A stretch of DNA of 64,000 nucleotides from a virus, in IMG/VR virus record IMGVR_UViG_3300028844_006119, positions 32,001 to 96,000 of that record; one strand, given 5' to 3'. Below the pieces are notes generated by a model. That model saw nothing but the letters and a program-made list of their open reading frames with translations. It was not told the origin of the DNA and ran no database searches. Of this stretch, positions 37,167 to 46,757 are shown in pieces. Position numbers and translations under genes: made by a program. Each line of letters opens with the position of its first letter. Position 1 is the stretch's first letter.

Positions 37167-39574
37167 TTTGCTTCTCCCCAGCTGTGGGCCTGGTCCATGG
37201 AAATGATGATAGGAACGTCCATTGGGATGGGGTTCTCCATCAGCTCCTTGATCAAGCTCATCGCCTCTTCGATTACTTCCGGGATGTCAGGCACCTCGAA
37301 GACCAATTCGTCATGGATCTGCATCAGCATCCGTACTCCCAACGATCGGAGGTCCTTGCTGTACTCACAGTTCAGCATGGCCTCAACAGCGATGTCCGCT
37401 GCTGAGCCCTGAATGATCGAGTTGACCGACTGCCTGCGGGCCATTGACGCCATTGCCCGGTCATCACTAATGATATCCGGGAGCCTCCTGTATCTCCCCT
37501 GAATGGTCTGTACGTACAGATCTTCTTCGCACCGGTCGTGGGTGTCGTAGATGAATCGACGAACATTGGGGTAGATCTCGAAGTACGTCTCGATCAGCTC
37601 TTGTGCCTTGGGGCAGGAGTCGTACGTCCTCCCGTTCTTCATGGTCTTTGTGTGCAGCGGAAGTCCCAGCTGAGCGCCCAACTTTCCCGCCCCAATTCCA
37701 TACAGCAGGCCAAAACCAACAGCCTTCATTCCAGCACGAAGCTCGATGAGGGCTTTCTGGTCGTCTGTGGGACTGCTGGCTTTCTTTGCCGCAACAATCT
37801 CATCGTAGTCAGCGCCCACAGCAAGTGCGCCGGTCATGGAGTGAAGGTCTTTGCCCTCTCTGATTGTTTCAATCATCGTAGGATCCTGGCTCATGTGAGC
37901 CATGATCCGCATCTCCAGCTGCTCGTAGTCGGCCACGATCAGTGTCATGGGCTGGCGACAGTCGTAGTCAGGCAGAGAAATGTGGCGAAGCGGCCGAACC
38001 GTATGGTCCCCACAATCTCCGTACTTTCCGGCCACAAATAGCTCGCGCAGCCTTGTGCCCCACTCTCCACGGGAAGGGATGTTCTGGAGGTTTGGGTTTC
38101 CAGAAGAGAGACGCCCCGTGACGGTCCCGTGGATCTTCAGATCGGTGTGGATTCTGCCGATCTTGTCTGTAGTGGCGGGCAAGCCCGTCAGGTACGTCCC
38201 GTGCAGCTTCTTTAGGACACGGTGTTCCTGGAGACATTCTGCCAGAGGCTCTCCCTTTTCTGCCCACTCCTTGATCACCTCTTTGTTGGTGGAGGGGTTC
38301 TTGATCCCCGTAGACCCGCCTTTTGTCCAAACTCGAGGCTTGTTCCCAAAGGGGTCCTTCCAGTTTCCAGAAGCATCCTGAGAGAAGAACAGCTTCAGGA
38401 GCTGTTTGGGGCTGTTTGGGTTTACGTCCCACCCGGCCATACGCACCAGGGTTCTCTCCAACCTGTCGATGTCCTTGCCCATGGGGATGCGGAGAGCGTG
38501 CGTAGCTGGAAGGTCAATGAAGAACCCCCTCCGCTCCATGTTCCACAAAGTCCGAAGGAACTTAGTCGTAGTCTTGTAGTAGTACTCCTTCAGAGTCATT
38601 GAGTCGGTCATTTGGACCGCCTCCATCTCATCACAGAGGGTGTCCACCAGGGTGTAAGAGGCCCAAGCGTCCAAGGAGGCGTAGTCGCCTACCAGAAGCT
38701 TGAGCATCTCAAGGGGCTCCTCGTCTGCGCGCACCATGCCCTTCAGGCTCTCTAGGACGATCTCATGCGCGTCCTCCAATAAGAGAGGCTCTTGGAGCGC
38801 GTCTTTGTACTTGCTGCGCTCGTCTCTCTCCACCGCCGGGAGACCCAGTAGCTCCATAAAGTCGGACACGTACCCCAGACGGGTGCGGGTCTTTGGACAT
38901 ACCCCGAACTTTCGGGCAATGCTCAGGAGGCTCGACGCCGTCATCAGATTGGTTGCCTGACCGGAAGCTCGGAACTCTCCGAGGGCCTTGCTGACCTTCT
39001 TGAGGGCCTGGATCACAGCGTCGTCCCCATAGACCTTCCCCACCAGGGCCAGAAGTTCGAGCGCGTAGCCCTCGTCCTTGGCCTCCAGGGCGTCGTGCAT
39101 GTGAACCAGGGTCTCTACTTCCTTATCTATGGAGCCCACTCCCCCAAATACGTCCTTGAAGGGAGCCATACGAAGGCCCAGGTAGTCAGACGCGCACTGC
39201 TTCAGGCCGTGCCTGCCCCTGCGATTCTCATCCAACAGCCAGTCCATGGCTACTGTGTCTTCCAGGACGCCCCGCAAGTCGATGCCGTGACTGGCGACCA
39301 TGTGCATGTCGAACTTTGCATTCGTCATACGCTTCGAAATCTTGGGATCCTCCAAGATTCCCTTGAAGAAATCGAGCAGCCGCACCGGGGCGCAGATCCG
39401 AGTATCCCCATCTGAGAAGGAAAAGAACTTAACTCTAGCCGCTGTCTTGGATAGGCCTGTCGTCTCCGTGTCGAAACCAATCTTGTGGCAGCTTTCGTAG
39501 CGGGCTGCCCACTCCTCCGCTTCCTCTTCGGTATCAACGTATACCGGGTCTGGGGTCCTGATGAACCTATACAT
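37163..39574 (-). CDS. polA: Family A DNA polymerase with 3'-5' exonuclease
   Basis: ExoI FDTETTG, ExoII NAKFD, ExoIII YASLD; TVTGRLSS..PNLQNIP; motif A DYEQLEMR, motif B RAGMKAVGFGLLYG, motif C IHDEL. Confidence 0.95.
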   Translation of the reverse strand: MYRFIRTPDPVYVDTEEEAEEWAARYESCHKIGFDTETTGLSKTAARVKFFSFSDGDTRICAPVRLLDFFKGILEDPKISKRMTNAKFDMHMVASHGIDLRGVLEDTVAMDWLLDENRRGRHGLKQCASDYLGLRMAPFKDVFGGVGSIDKEVETLVHMHDALEAKDEGYALELLALVGKVYGDDAVIQALKKVSKALGEFRASGQATNLMTASSLLSIARKFGVCPKTRTRLGYVSDFMELLGLPAVERDERSKYKDALQEPLLLEDAHEIVLESLKGMVRADEEPLEMLKLLVGDYASLDAWASYTLVDTLCDEMEAVQMTDSMTLKEYYYKTTTKFLRTLWNMERRGFFIDLPATHALRIPMGKDIDRLERTLVRMAGWDVNPNSPKQLLKLFFSQDASGNWKDPFGNKPRVWTKGGSTGIKNPSTNKEVIKEWAEKGEPLAECLQEHRVLKKLHGTYLTGLPATTDKIGRIHTDLKIHGTVTGRLSSGNPNLQNIPSRGEWGTRLRELFVAGKYGDCGDHTVRPLRHISLPDYDCRQPMTLIVADYEQLEMRIMAHMSQDPTMIETIREGKDLHSMTGALAVGADYDEIVAAKKASSPTDDQKALIELRAGMKAVGFGLLYGIGAGKLGAQLGLPLHTKTMKNGRTYDSCPKAQELIETYFEIYPNVRRFIYDTHDRCEEDLYVQTIQGRYRRLPDIISDDRAMASMARRQSVNSIIQGSAADIAVEAMLNCEYSKDLRSLGVRMLMQIHDELVFEVPDIPEVIEEAMSLIKELMENPIPMDVPIIISMDQAHSWGEAK

Positions 39575-39612
39575 AGCTTTCCTAGGTGTTAAAGAACGAC
39601 GCGCGGTAGCGC

Positions 39613-39656
39613 GAGGTGTAGGAAGACTTAGAGCCTTCCTACACCCCGCTTATGAC
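39613..39656 (-). promoter_or_regulatory. GTCATAA motif plus strong hairpin upstream of polA
   Basis: TTATGAC at 39650-56; inverted repeat GGTGTAGGAAG 39615-25 / CTTCCTACACC 39635-45, extendable by G-U pairs on the - strand RNA. Confidence 0.55.
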
Positions 39657-39664
39657 AGCTTTTC

Positions 39665-40804
39665 CTACTTCCTGAATCGGCCGTAGCCCTTGGAGCCGGA
39701 CTCGTACCCGATGTCATCTTCTCGTAGCTCAAGGAGCTCAGAGAAGTGGGCGTTGCCCTTGGCCTCCGTGTAGAGACCCAGGTCGAACTGAGCCTTTACC
39801 AGCTTGTCCAGATCCTCTGGGAAGATCAGCTTGCCCTCGGCGTCAAGCTCCGGGTTGCCGTCCTCGTCTACCGCGACGGGGGAGGTTCCGTCCGCAAGAC
39901 GGAAGTCTGCGAGAGGAATCACCTTATCGACTCGGATCGTAGGCCACTGGCCTTCCCGCACCTTGGTGATCTGCGCCGCCACTTCCCAGAAGTGAAGAGG
40001 CGTGGGGTCTTCACAGCTATCGCAGAGGCTCTGCGACTGTGGGTAGCCCACATGGCCGCACGCCCCACACCGAATACTGTTGTCTCCAAAACGCTTGACC
40101 TCTCCCTCGGTGAGATCGGTGTCTTCTACGTCCAGAAGGATGTCCTCACACGTCTCGCAGGTGTAGACAGCGGGGAACAGAGACCCCCCGCAGCCGCACA
40201 TCTGCCCCGCCTGGCGACCAATCTCCTTGATCTTCTCAAAGTGGGTGGCGGGCAGCTCGAGGAACTTCTTTCGGAAGAAGCAGCAGTCATCAAACTGTTG
40301 CTGCTTGATAGTGTCCTTCTTCTCACGAAGGGACTTGATGGCGTCCCACCGATGAACGATCTCGCCCTTGAGCTTGCCGTGGCGGTATCGCAGGGGAGCA
40401 CCACTCTTGTCGTTCACCTGCTCTCGGCGGAACAGATCGAAGTGGATGACATTCATGAAGAACCGGTTGGGCTCCCCGTAGCGAGGCGAGGAGACTCTAG
40501 TGTCTCCACAATCTGCGCGCTCGCTGAGAGTGCAGGTGCCCGACTCTTCTCCTCGGAAGTAGCCCCAGCTCTGGTTGCCCCACTTGTTCGTGTACTGAAC
40601 CTTGTACATGGGAAGCCCCAGAAACTGGGAACGGTCCCCTTCTTCTGCGGGGTAGTCTCCGGGGGTTAGGGAGATCCAGGCGGTGTCCCCGTCCTTGAGG
40701 CGGAGCTCATCGCTCCACTTCGCTGTCCAGCCGTTCCGCTTTCCGCGGTTGTTATTGCGTTGGTTGTCTCGCCGCGATGAGGCGGTCAAAGGGATATTTG
40801 CCAT
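39665..40804 (-). CDS. Probable single-stranded DNA-binding protein (gp32-like) with Zn-ribbon insert
   Basis: Position between primase and polA; aromatic/beta-rich N-terminal half; CGC, CETC, CGAC, CDSC; acidic region near the C-terminus. Confidence 0.5.
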   Translation of the reverse strand: MANIPLTASSRRDNQRNNNRGKRNGWTAKWSDELRLKDGDTAWISLTPGDYPAEEGDRSQFLGLPMYKVQYTNKWGNQSWGYFRGEESGTCTLSERADCGDTRVSSPRYGEPNRFFMNVIHFDLFRREQVNDKSGAPLRYRHGKLKGEIVHRWDAIKSLREKKDTIKQQQFDDCCFFRKKFLELPATHFEKIKEIGRQAGQMCGCGGSLFPAVYTCETCEDILLDVEDTDLTEGEVKRFGDNSIRCGACGHVGYPQSQSLCDSCEDPTPLHFWEVAAQITKVREGQWPTIRVDKVIPLADFRLADGTSPVAVDEDGNPELDAEGKLIFPEDLDKLVKAQFDLGLYTEAKGNAHFSELLELREDDIGYESGSKGYGRFRK

Positions 40805-41790
40805 TGTCGTTTTGCCTTACTGATAGTGATTGGCTTCTCGCAAAGAGTCCGCAGCTCTCCTTCCGTGAGGTCATCCGGTTGATGGATTCCCTCTGGAAGT
40901 GGAATTACGAATCTTCTTGATGTCGCCAACTGATTGCTGATTTTGATCGTTGCTCTTTGCCCGGCAACGTCATTATCCAGACAGAGAAGGATTCTCCGTC
41001 CGCTCTCCACCAGCTTTTTTTGCTGGAGTTCTGACATGTGGCTGCCCATTAGGGCGACCACGTTCTCTATTCCTGACTGCACGAACCAAAGAGCTGCTTT
41101 GAACCCCTCGACTACGTAGAGATCAGGAAGTTCTTCGCTCAGTGCTCGGTCTTCCCGCCACAGGTAGTTCGTCTTCGAAAAGGACGTCACCGTGAGGCCA
41201 TATTCTAGCAGTTCCCGGGTGTAGACCTTGTACTTACCGTATTCAGATTTCTCAGTCCTTCTGCCCACTATTCCCACCAGCTCTTCGAGCTGATTTCTGA
41301 CGGGGAAGGTCACCCGACGAAGTTTGCGATCGTATCCAATGTCATGGTCGAGCAGCAAATCTTCGTCGAACCCTTCTCTTAGTAGTGCCGTAGGGCAGAA
41401 GTCAAAGACCCCCAGAAGCTTCTCTGGGAGGACCTTTGTCTCGTCTTTCTCCTGGCTTTTAACTCGTCTCCGAGAGCCAGGGGCAGACTTCGGGAGGTTC
41501 TCTATCTTCCGGTCAATAGTTGACCGCTTCTCTCCCAGCTCCTTCAGGAATGTCCGGGCGTTCCCGCCCCCACATCCCGCAAAGCAGTACCACAGGCCTG
41601 ACTCCGAGTTCACGGAGAGACTGGGCTTTGATTTGCCTGGAGTCTCTCCGTGAATTGGACAAAAGCCCATGTAGTTGCTGTTGGCCCCAGGACGTAAGCC
41701 CTGCACGTACTCCTGATACAGCTCTAGGTAGTCAGCTTCTAAAGGGGCTGGGCCTCTTGGGGGCTTTCTTTGGGGCTTGTCCACCGCCAC
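40786..41790 (-). CDS. dnaG: DNA primase (CHC2 Zn finger + Toprim)
   Basis: CPIH...PSLSVN...WYCFAGC; YVVEGF; VVALMG; LDNDVAG. Start uncertain. Confidence 0.9.
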   Translation of the reverse strand: MAVDKPQRKPPRGPAPLEADYLELYQEYVQGLRPGANSNYMGFCPIHGETPGKSKPSLSVNSESGLWYCFAGCGGGNARTFLKELGEKRSTIDRKIENLPKSAPGSRRRVKSQEKDETKVLPEKLLGVFDFCPTALLREGFDEDLLLDHDIGYDRKLRRVTFPVRNQLEELVGIVGRRTEKSEYGKYKVYTRELLEYGLTVTSFSKTNYLWREDRALSEELPDLYVVEGFKAALWFVQSGIENVVALMGSHMSELQQKKLVESGRRILLCLDNDVAGQRATIKISNQLATSRRFVIPLPEGIHQPDDLTEGELRTLCEKPITISKAKRQWQISL

Positions 41791-43129
41791 CTCCTGAGCT
41801 CTGCTGAGCCTCTTTGTGCTCCATCTGCTTCTTGGTTTCTAGGAATTGCTTGATGTTCACTGACTTTTCGAGGACCGAGAAGTCAGCCCCAGGGCACGCG
41901 TTGATCACAAAAGGCCTCACAACTGCCTCACGAACCTTACTAAACACGAGCATGATGGATGCACCGCGACCGGTAGGGTTCGGTCCTCGAAAGGCTCTGA
42001 TCGCCATATCCGCGTCCATTCCGAGAGCGTCAGAGAACGACAAGTCGTCCAAATCCCCACTCGGCTCCTTGGCGTTCGCCCTGTTGGCCTGGGTTGTCCC
42101 GATTACGGGGCACTCCAGGTACTGGGCCATCCCCTTCAGGTCCTGGGAGATGTGAGCGATCTGCTTCCAGTCTGCGGATTTAACCCCAGACCGGGCATCT
42201 CGCATCAAGTAGAGCCCATCCACGACGACCAAGTCGGGCTGAAACCGCTCAGCGGCGGCAATCAAGTCGTCTACTGTCGAAGACTTCCTCTTTCCCTTAT
42301 CGCTGACACAGAGGAGGGATCTCCGCTGTGCTCCCACGCTCCCGTCTTCTTCAATGTCCTCCAGGGCCTCCAGAAGGTCGAAGTAGTGCTCCTCGTCCTC
42401 TACCGACAGGTTGCCGGTAGTCAGCTTTGCGTAGTCAACTCCGCCCAGAACCGAAGTAATTCTCCGCAGGATGTCCTTAGAGGAGATCTCCTTGGAGAAG
42501 AACATGACCCTCCGGTTAGCCTGCCAAGCATGGGCAGCCATCACACAAGCAAGCCAGGTCTTCATGTTCCCCGGCCTGCCGTAGATGACAATGAACTGCT
42601 CATCCTGCATCCCTCCAGTGGGGCGGTTCAGGATGGCCCAGGGAAAGGGGATTCCTATTACACCGCCGGCCTTCTTCTTTGTCGTGTACTCCAGCCGGAT
42701 GATCTCTGAGGCGTCCAAGAGCGTGATTCCTCCATCCTCGGAGGCCTCGACATTCAGCTCCCGCAGCCTGGGCAGAAAGCTGTCCAGGATCAGAGATGGG
42801 TCGGAGTCGGACAGCAGCTCATCGCTGACGCTCTCCACAAGCTGATGAAGCTTTACTTGGGTATTTTGCCTCTTAATATCCCCAACCAACGCCCCTACGT
42901 GGTTTCGGGTAGGGCTGAAGTCGAAGTCGGGAAACTTCCTCTTCAGTCTTTCTGCGGTGGGAACCTCTCCTCGCTGCTGTGGGTTGTGAAACTCGTCCCA
43001 CAGCCAGGAGAAGACCTCAGACGCAGAGTCGAGGGAGAACATCTCTCGAGTCACTCCCTTCTTCTTAATGGTCGAGAAATCTCCGGTGTTAATGATGTTG
43101 GAGATCAGCTCTAGTTCTGGATGAGCCAT
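41732..43129 (-). CDS. dnaB: DnaB-like replicative helicase
   Basis: GIPFPW..LN..TGG, GRPGNMKT, FFSKE, VVVDGLY, ISQDLK.MA, QANR, DAD. Confidence 0.9.
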   Translation of the reverse strand: MAHPELELISNIINTGDFSTIKKKGVTREMFSLDSASEVFSWLWDEFHNPQQRGEVPTAERLKRKFPDFDFSPTRNHVGALVGDIKRQNTQVKLHQLVESVSDELLSDSDPSLILDSFLPRLRELNVEASEDGGITLLDASEIIRLEYTTKKKAGGVIGIPFPWAILNRPTGGMQDEQFIVIYGRPGNMKTWLACVMAAHAWQANRRVMFFSKEISSKDILRRITSVLGGVDYAKLTTGNLSVEDEEHYFDLLEALEDIEEDGSVGAQRRSLLCVSDKGKRKSSTVDDLIAAAERFQPDLVVVDGLYLMRDARSGVKSADWKQIAHISQDLKGMAQYLECPVIGTTQANRANAKEPSGDLDDLSFSDALGMDADMAIRAFRGPNPTGRGASIMLVFSKVREAVVRPFVINACPGADFSVLEKSVNIKQFLETKKQMEHKEAQQSSGGGGGQAPKKAPKRPSPFRS

Positions 43130-43401
43130 TACAGGGGATCCTCGTCTAAGCGGTTTAGGGACTCCTCCCGGTTTCGGTCGGATGGGGGGCGGAGACCGAG
43201 GTCTTGTAGGACGGATGCCTTAGCGGCAGTAACGAAGTCTTCCGCCAGGGACAGGACCTTCGGGTCGGTAACGACTGATTGCCCTCCGGCCACGGGGCCG
43301 GAGAACTCAGATGTCTCGAGGCATAGGATATAGGAAATCCTGACCTGGCCTTCCGAGGAGATAGTGACCTCCTGGATGTCCAGATCAAGCTCAATTTCCA
43401 T
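43129..43401 (-). CDS. Hypothetical protein
   Basis: ATG at 43401 (MEIELDL) with purine-rich upstream sequence. Confidence 0.55.
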   Translation of the reverse strand: MEIELDLDIQEVTISSEGQVRISYILCLETSEFSGPVAGGQSVVTDPKVLSLAEDFVTAAKASVLQDLGLRPPSDRNREESLNRLDEDPL

Positions 43402-43747
43402 TTCCTGTCTCCTTCTTGTACTTCTCGTACAGCCCCTTAGCTTCCAAGATGGCCTCCTGCACCATCTCCTGCGCCACCCCACTGGCGGCCTCGTAGGCAA
43501 AGCCAATAATGTCCTCGTCCTGGTCGCAGGACAGGGAGACCGATACATGAGCGTCAAACCCATTCCCGAAGTCTTTGTCCGACATACCATACGACACTGA
43601 GACCTTGGCCTTGGCGTCCCCGACCAAATCTGAAATTTCTTTTGCGCTCATGGCTAAATGCTCCGTGGTTAGTGCGTGATCGAACTTGAAGGACCTATGG
43701 CCGAGCCGGAGAGACCCCCGGATCTGGCCGACAGAGGCTACTTGCAC
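43391..43747 (-). CDS. Hypothetical protein
   Basis: Packed in operon; alternative start at 43651. Confidence 0.55.
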   Translation of the reverse strand: MQVASVGQIRGSLRLGHRSFKFDHALTTEHLAMSAKEISDLVGDAKAKVSVSYGMSDKDFGNGFDAHVSVSLSCDQDEDIIGFAYEAASGVAQEMVQEAILEAKGLYEKYKKETGNGN

Positions 43748-44166
43748 AGGTTCTTCGGGAGGGAGACCCTAGCGGTCCCAGTCTTCTTAGTCCCCAGACC
43801 TGCGTAGACGGCCCGAAGGTCACCCGGCAGTCTCTCCAGCTGTTTCCCGTCCACCGTGTACTTCAGGAAGCCCGCGGACAGGAGATCCTCCAGGTGGTCT
43901 CCGTCTTCTGCCTCCATGACGATATCGTCAACATCGAAGACAATTTTGCTCGGGCCGGGAGTCACTCGGAAGACGAGGCCGTCCCCGAAGGTATGCGAGC
44001 CCGCGCCCAAGGAGCGCAGTTCCCGCTTAGCAGCCTCTGCTGCCTTGGCCACATCTCCCAGCATCTCCCTGAGAGCTCCGGTAAGCTCAGGGGCTTGGTC
44101 TGCGAGGGCCGTCCAGGCTTCCCCAATGTTTTCGTGTAGTTCTGTGAGTTCTTCGATAGCGCTCAT
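43738..44166 (-). CDS. Hypothetical protein
   Basis: ATGA overlap with the UDG stop. Confidence 0.65.
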   Translation of the reverse strand: MSAIEELTELHENIGEAWTALADQAPELTGALREMLGDVAKAAEAAKRELRSLGAGSHTFGDGLVFRVTPGPSKIVFDVDDIVMEAEDGDHLEDLLSAGFLKYTVDGKQLERLPGDLRAVYAGLGTKKTGTARVSLPKNLCK

Positions 44167-44879
44167 GTGTCACTTCCTCGGATAGTGTCGTAGTTTTTAA
44201 GCAGGGAGAGGCCGTATCGGAGGTCTCCCATTGTCTTGTATGTGTCCCCGGACTTCTTAGAGACCAGGGACTGGTCGCCTCGCCTCAGCAAGAAGCTGGG
44301 CGACAGGATCGCAAGCATGGGGTACCGGACGGTCCTGCCCGTTACGGGGGAGGGGATGCGGATGTCAAAGATGTCCCCCCTCTTGTCCATGATCGAAACC
44401 TTCTTCCCCAGCACTGCCGATGCTGCGATCTTTCCCGCAGCGATGATCAGTTTGGGGTCCACCGCGTAGATGGTCCGTTGCAGGCGCTCTCTGCAGTTCT
44501 TAATCTCCTCGACTGAGGGGCTTCTTTCGTGGGGCCGACAGAGTACGACGTTCGTGAAGAAGACCTTCTCCTCGACCACATCCCGTATCTGCCGGAAATA
44601 CTCCTCATTGTCCTCTAGAGAGCGCGCGGCCAGTGTCTCTTCTGTGTCCCCCCATACCATGTCCAGCATCTGTAGCAGGAGCTGCCCGGAGCGTCCCGCA
44701 AAGGGCACTCCGCTGGAGTCTTCGTCTGCGCCGGGAACTTCCCCGACGATCATGATATCCGCGCTGACACTACCCGAACCAAACACTACTTGAGTGCGGC
44801 TCTCACAGAGCAGTGGGCACTTCTCGCAGCCCTGATACTCATCGTAGAGCAGTCTTACTGCACGCCGTCCGTATGCCAT
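44163..44879 (-). CDS. Family-4 uracil-DNA glycosylase-like protein (Fe-S)
   Basis: CEKCPL..SRTQVVFGSG, VGEVPG..ED..G.PFAG.SG.LL, TNVVLCRP, EIKNC; GGAGG RBS. Confidence 0.88.
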   Translation of the reverse strand: MAYGRRAVRLLYDEYQGCEKCPLLCESRTQVVFGSGSVSADIMIVGEVPGADEDSSGVPFAGRSGQLLLQMLDMVWGDTEETLAARSLEDNEEYFRQIRDVVEEKVFFTNVVLCRPHERSPSVEEIKNCRERLQRTIYAVDPKLIIAAGKIAASAVLGKKVSIMDKRGDIFDIRIPSPVTGRTVRYPMLAILSPSFLLRRGDQSLVSKKSGDTYKTMGDLRYGLSLLKNYDTIRGSDT

Positions 44880-44889
44880 ACGGGGCCTC

Positions 44890-46266
44890 CTATATTTGTT
44901 GTTTGGGTCTCCAGTCTCTTTTGACTCGATATCCGTTCCTTTTTGCTTCGTTGACGAGGGAGTAGATCATCCCTCTACAGAGGTCTACGTTGCTGTCCAG
45001 GAACAGGAAAACTGCAGGCGGCTTCTTACTGGGGTGCTCCCGAAGAATCCTCCCCACGCTCTGCTGAAACGTAATGGCAGAGTGCGCCCTTGCCGCAAAG
45101 GGGGTGACCAGCAGGAGCGTGTCGAGATCCTTACGGTTGTACGCCTCTTTGCCCACCCCTATAGTCGCGAACACCAGGTCCGAGCCATTCAGCTGATCCA
45201 GCCTATCGCCGGACTTTGTACCTCCGTGAATCAACGTGCTTCTGGGGTACCTCGCATGAAGCTCCTTCACATGTTCTACGCCGTGAGACAGGACGTAAGT
45301 AGTCCGGCCCTGATCCTTACAGTCCTTGAGGACCAGGTCTATTAGGGAGTTTCTGGCCCCGTTCTTGCCTAAAACGCCCCTCATCAGGCCCACGTTGATC
45401 TGGCCTGCTTTGTCGATCATCCCCCTATTCTCTTTGTCTGTGTACATGACCCCGGTGTCTACGAGGTAGACGGTGGGGACAAGATCCTGAGTGGTGTCGC
45501 TGAAGAACACGTTGCCCAGATGAGAGAAGAAGATCCCCTCGCATCTGTCCGTCCGGTTTGGGGTCGCACTCAGTCCAATGCGCTTCCCTATGCAGATATC
45601 GGCCGCGTTAGAGAAAAACTCTGCCGCCATGCAGTGACATTCGTCGTAGATGACTAGCCCAAATCGGCTCAGAAACTCAGCAGACGTTCTACCGTCCTGA
45701 ACTCTTCGGGCCAAGGTCTGTACCGTGGAGAGGCATATGTCTGCCTCGTACTCGAACTTTTTACCTTGAATCCATCCGATGCTCCCGGAGTGGTCGAAGA
45801 ACTGATTGAGCTCGTTGAGCCAGTTTTCCAGGTGGGCCTTCTGCGGAGATACAATCAGGGTCGGAACCTTTTCATGGCTGGCCTTCAGCCACCCTAGGAC
45901 GGTCTTGCCTTTACCGCAGGCCAGGTTCAGAATGCCTCCGTCCGACTTCTTTAGTGCTTCCCATGCCTCCGCCTGGTTGGGCCGCAGAGAAAATGAGGTC
46001 TTTGGGCTGAGGGAGATTGAAGGGAAAGAAGTAGGGCGAGCATCGATTACGGGGCATCCCATAGAGGAGAGCTGGCTGCTACTCAGTGCGCTTCGAGGAA
46101 CCTCATAGTGCGCGGGGTGTTCCTTGACCAGGACTCGGGGAGTCCCAGCAGAGTCCTCCCCAAACCGTAGAGTCCCTCGAAGCACCTTCCCTTGAATGTG
46201 ACTCTTCGGTAGGAACAGGGACCTCGCAATATAGGCGGAGCCCTCCTTCATCGGCAGTAGTTTCAT
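44890..46266 (-). CDS. Superfamily 2 DExH helicase (UvsW/XPB-like)
   Basis: LRPNQ, CGKGKT, DECH, LSATP, QQSVGRILR. Confidence 0.9.
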   Translation of the reverse strand: MKLLPMKEGSAYIARSLFLPKSHIQGKVLRGTLRFGEDSAGTPRVLVKEHPAHYEVPRSALSSSQLSSMGCPVIDARPTSFPSISLSPKTSFSLRPNQAEAWEALKKSDGGILNLACGKGKTVLGWLKASHEKVPTLIVSPQKAHLENWLNELNQFFDHSGSIGWIQGKKFEYEADICLSTVQTLARRVQDGRTSAEFLSRFGLVIYDECHCMAAEFFSNAADICIGKRIGLSATPNRTDRCEGIFFSHLGNVFFSDTTQDLVPTVYLVDTGVMYTDKENRGMIDKAGQINVGLMRGVLGKNGARNSLIDLVLKDCKDQGRTTYVLSHGVEHVKELHARYPRSTLIHGGTKSGDRLDQLNGSDLVFATIGVGKEAYNRKDLDTLLLVTPFAARAHSAITFQQSVGRILREHPSKKPPAVFLFLDSNVDLCRGMIYSLVNEAKRNGYRVKRDWRPKQQI

Positions 46267-46679
46267 TCCTTCTTTCCTCTCCCGAAGATGTTGCCCGTGT
46301 ACCTCTTGCGGGGGATATGAGATACTGCATCTGAGATCGTATCCACGAAGCCCTGCAGGGCATTAAGGCTACTGTTGTGTAGCGCAACTTCCCCGAAGGT
46401 ATCGCCCGGTTCCGGGTCTACCTCTGATAGGGAGTGGCTTCCGATTTTGGTCCTCTTGGTGGGTGTTTTTCCTCCTGTGGGTGAATTTCGTCTAGCTATC
46501 GGGGCGGAATTTTCCTCCCGCTTCTGCTTTCTGCGGATTACTAGCCCGCAGGTGGTGACCGAGGGACATGCTCGGCATGTTCGGTCATCCCGGTCGTAGT
46601 AATCTTCGTCTCCGTAGCACTCCGGCTTACTTGAGGTATTGGCCGTCGTGCTATATCTTTTGCTGAACTCGTCAGACAT
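46263..46679 (-). CDS. Hypothetical protein with a 4-Cys motif; first gene of the replication unit
   Basis: AGGAGG RBS; PECYG....CRACPSVTTC. Confidence 0.7.
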   Translation of the reverse strand: MSDEFSKRYSTTANTSSKPECYGDEDYYDRDDRTCRACPSVTTCGLVIRRKQKREENSAPIARRNSPTGGKTPTKRTKIGSHSLSEVDPEPGDTFGEVALHNSSLNALQGFVDTISDAVSHIPRKRYTGNIFGRGKKE

Positions 46680-46757
46680 GGGCTATGCCTCCTATTAAGT
46701 GCCAAATTTGTTATGACGCGGTATGGTAAGATCTACATGCTCGTCCGGAGTTTCCAC
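46680..46757. promoter_or_regulatory. Divergent promoter region between replication and head blocks
   Basis: AT-richer gap between divergent starts; TTATGAC at 46711-17. Confidence 0.55.

Noticed and set aside
38700-39140. Intein in PolA or RNAP
   Set aside because: No C/S...HN-C/S/T splice junctions or LAGLIDADG motifs were seen.
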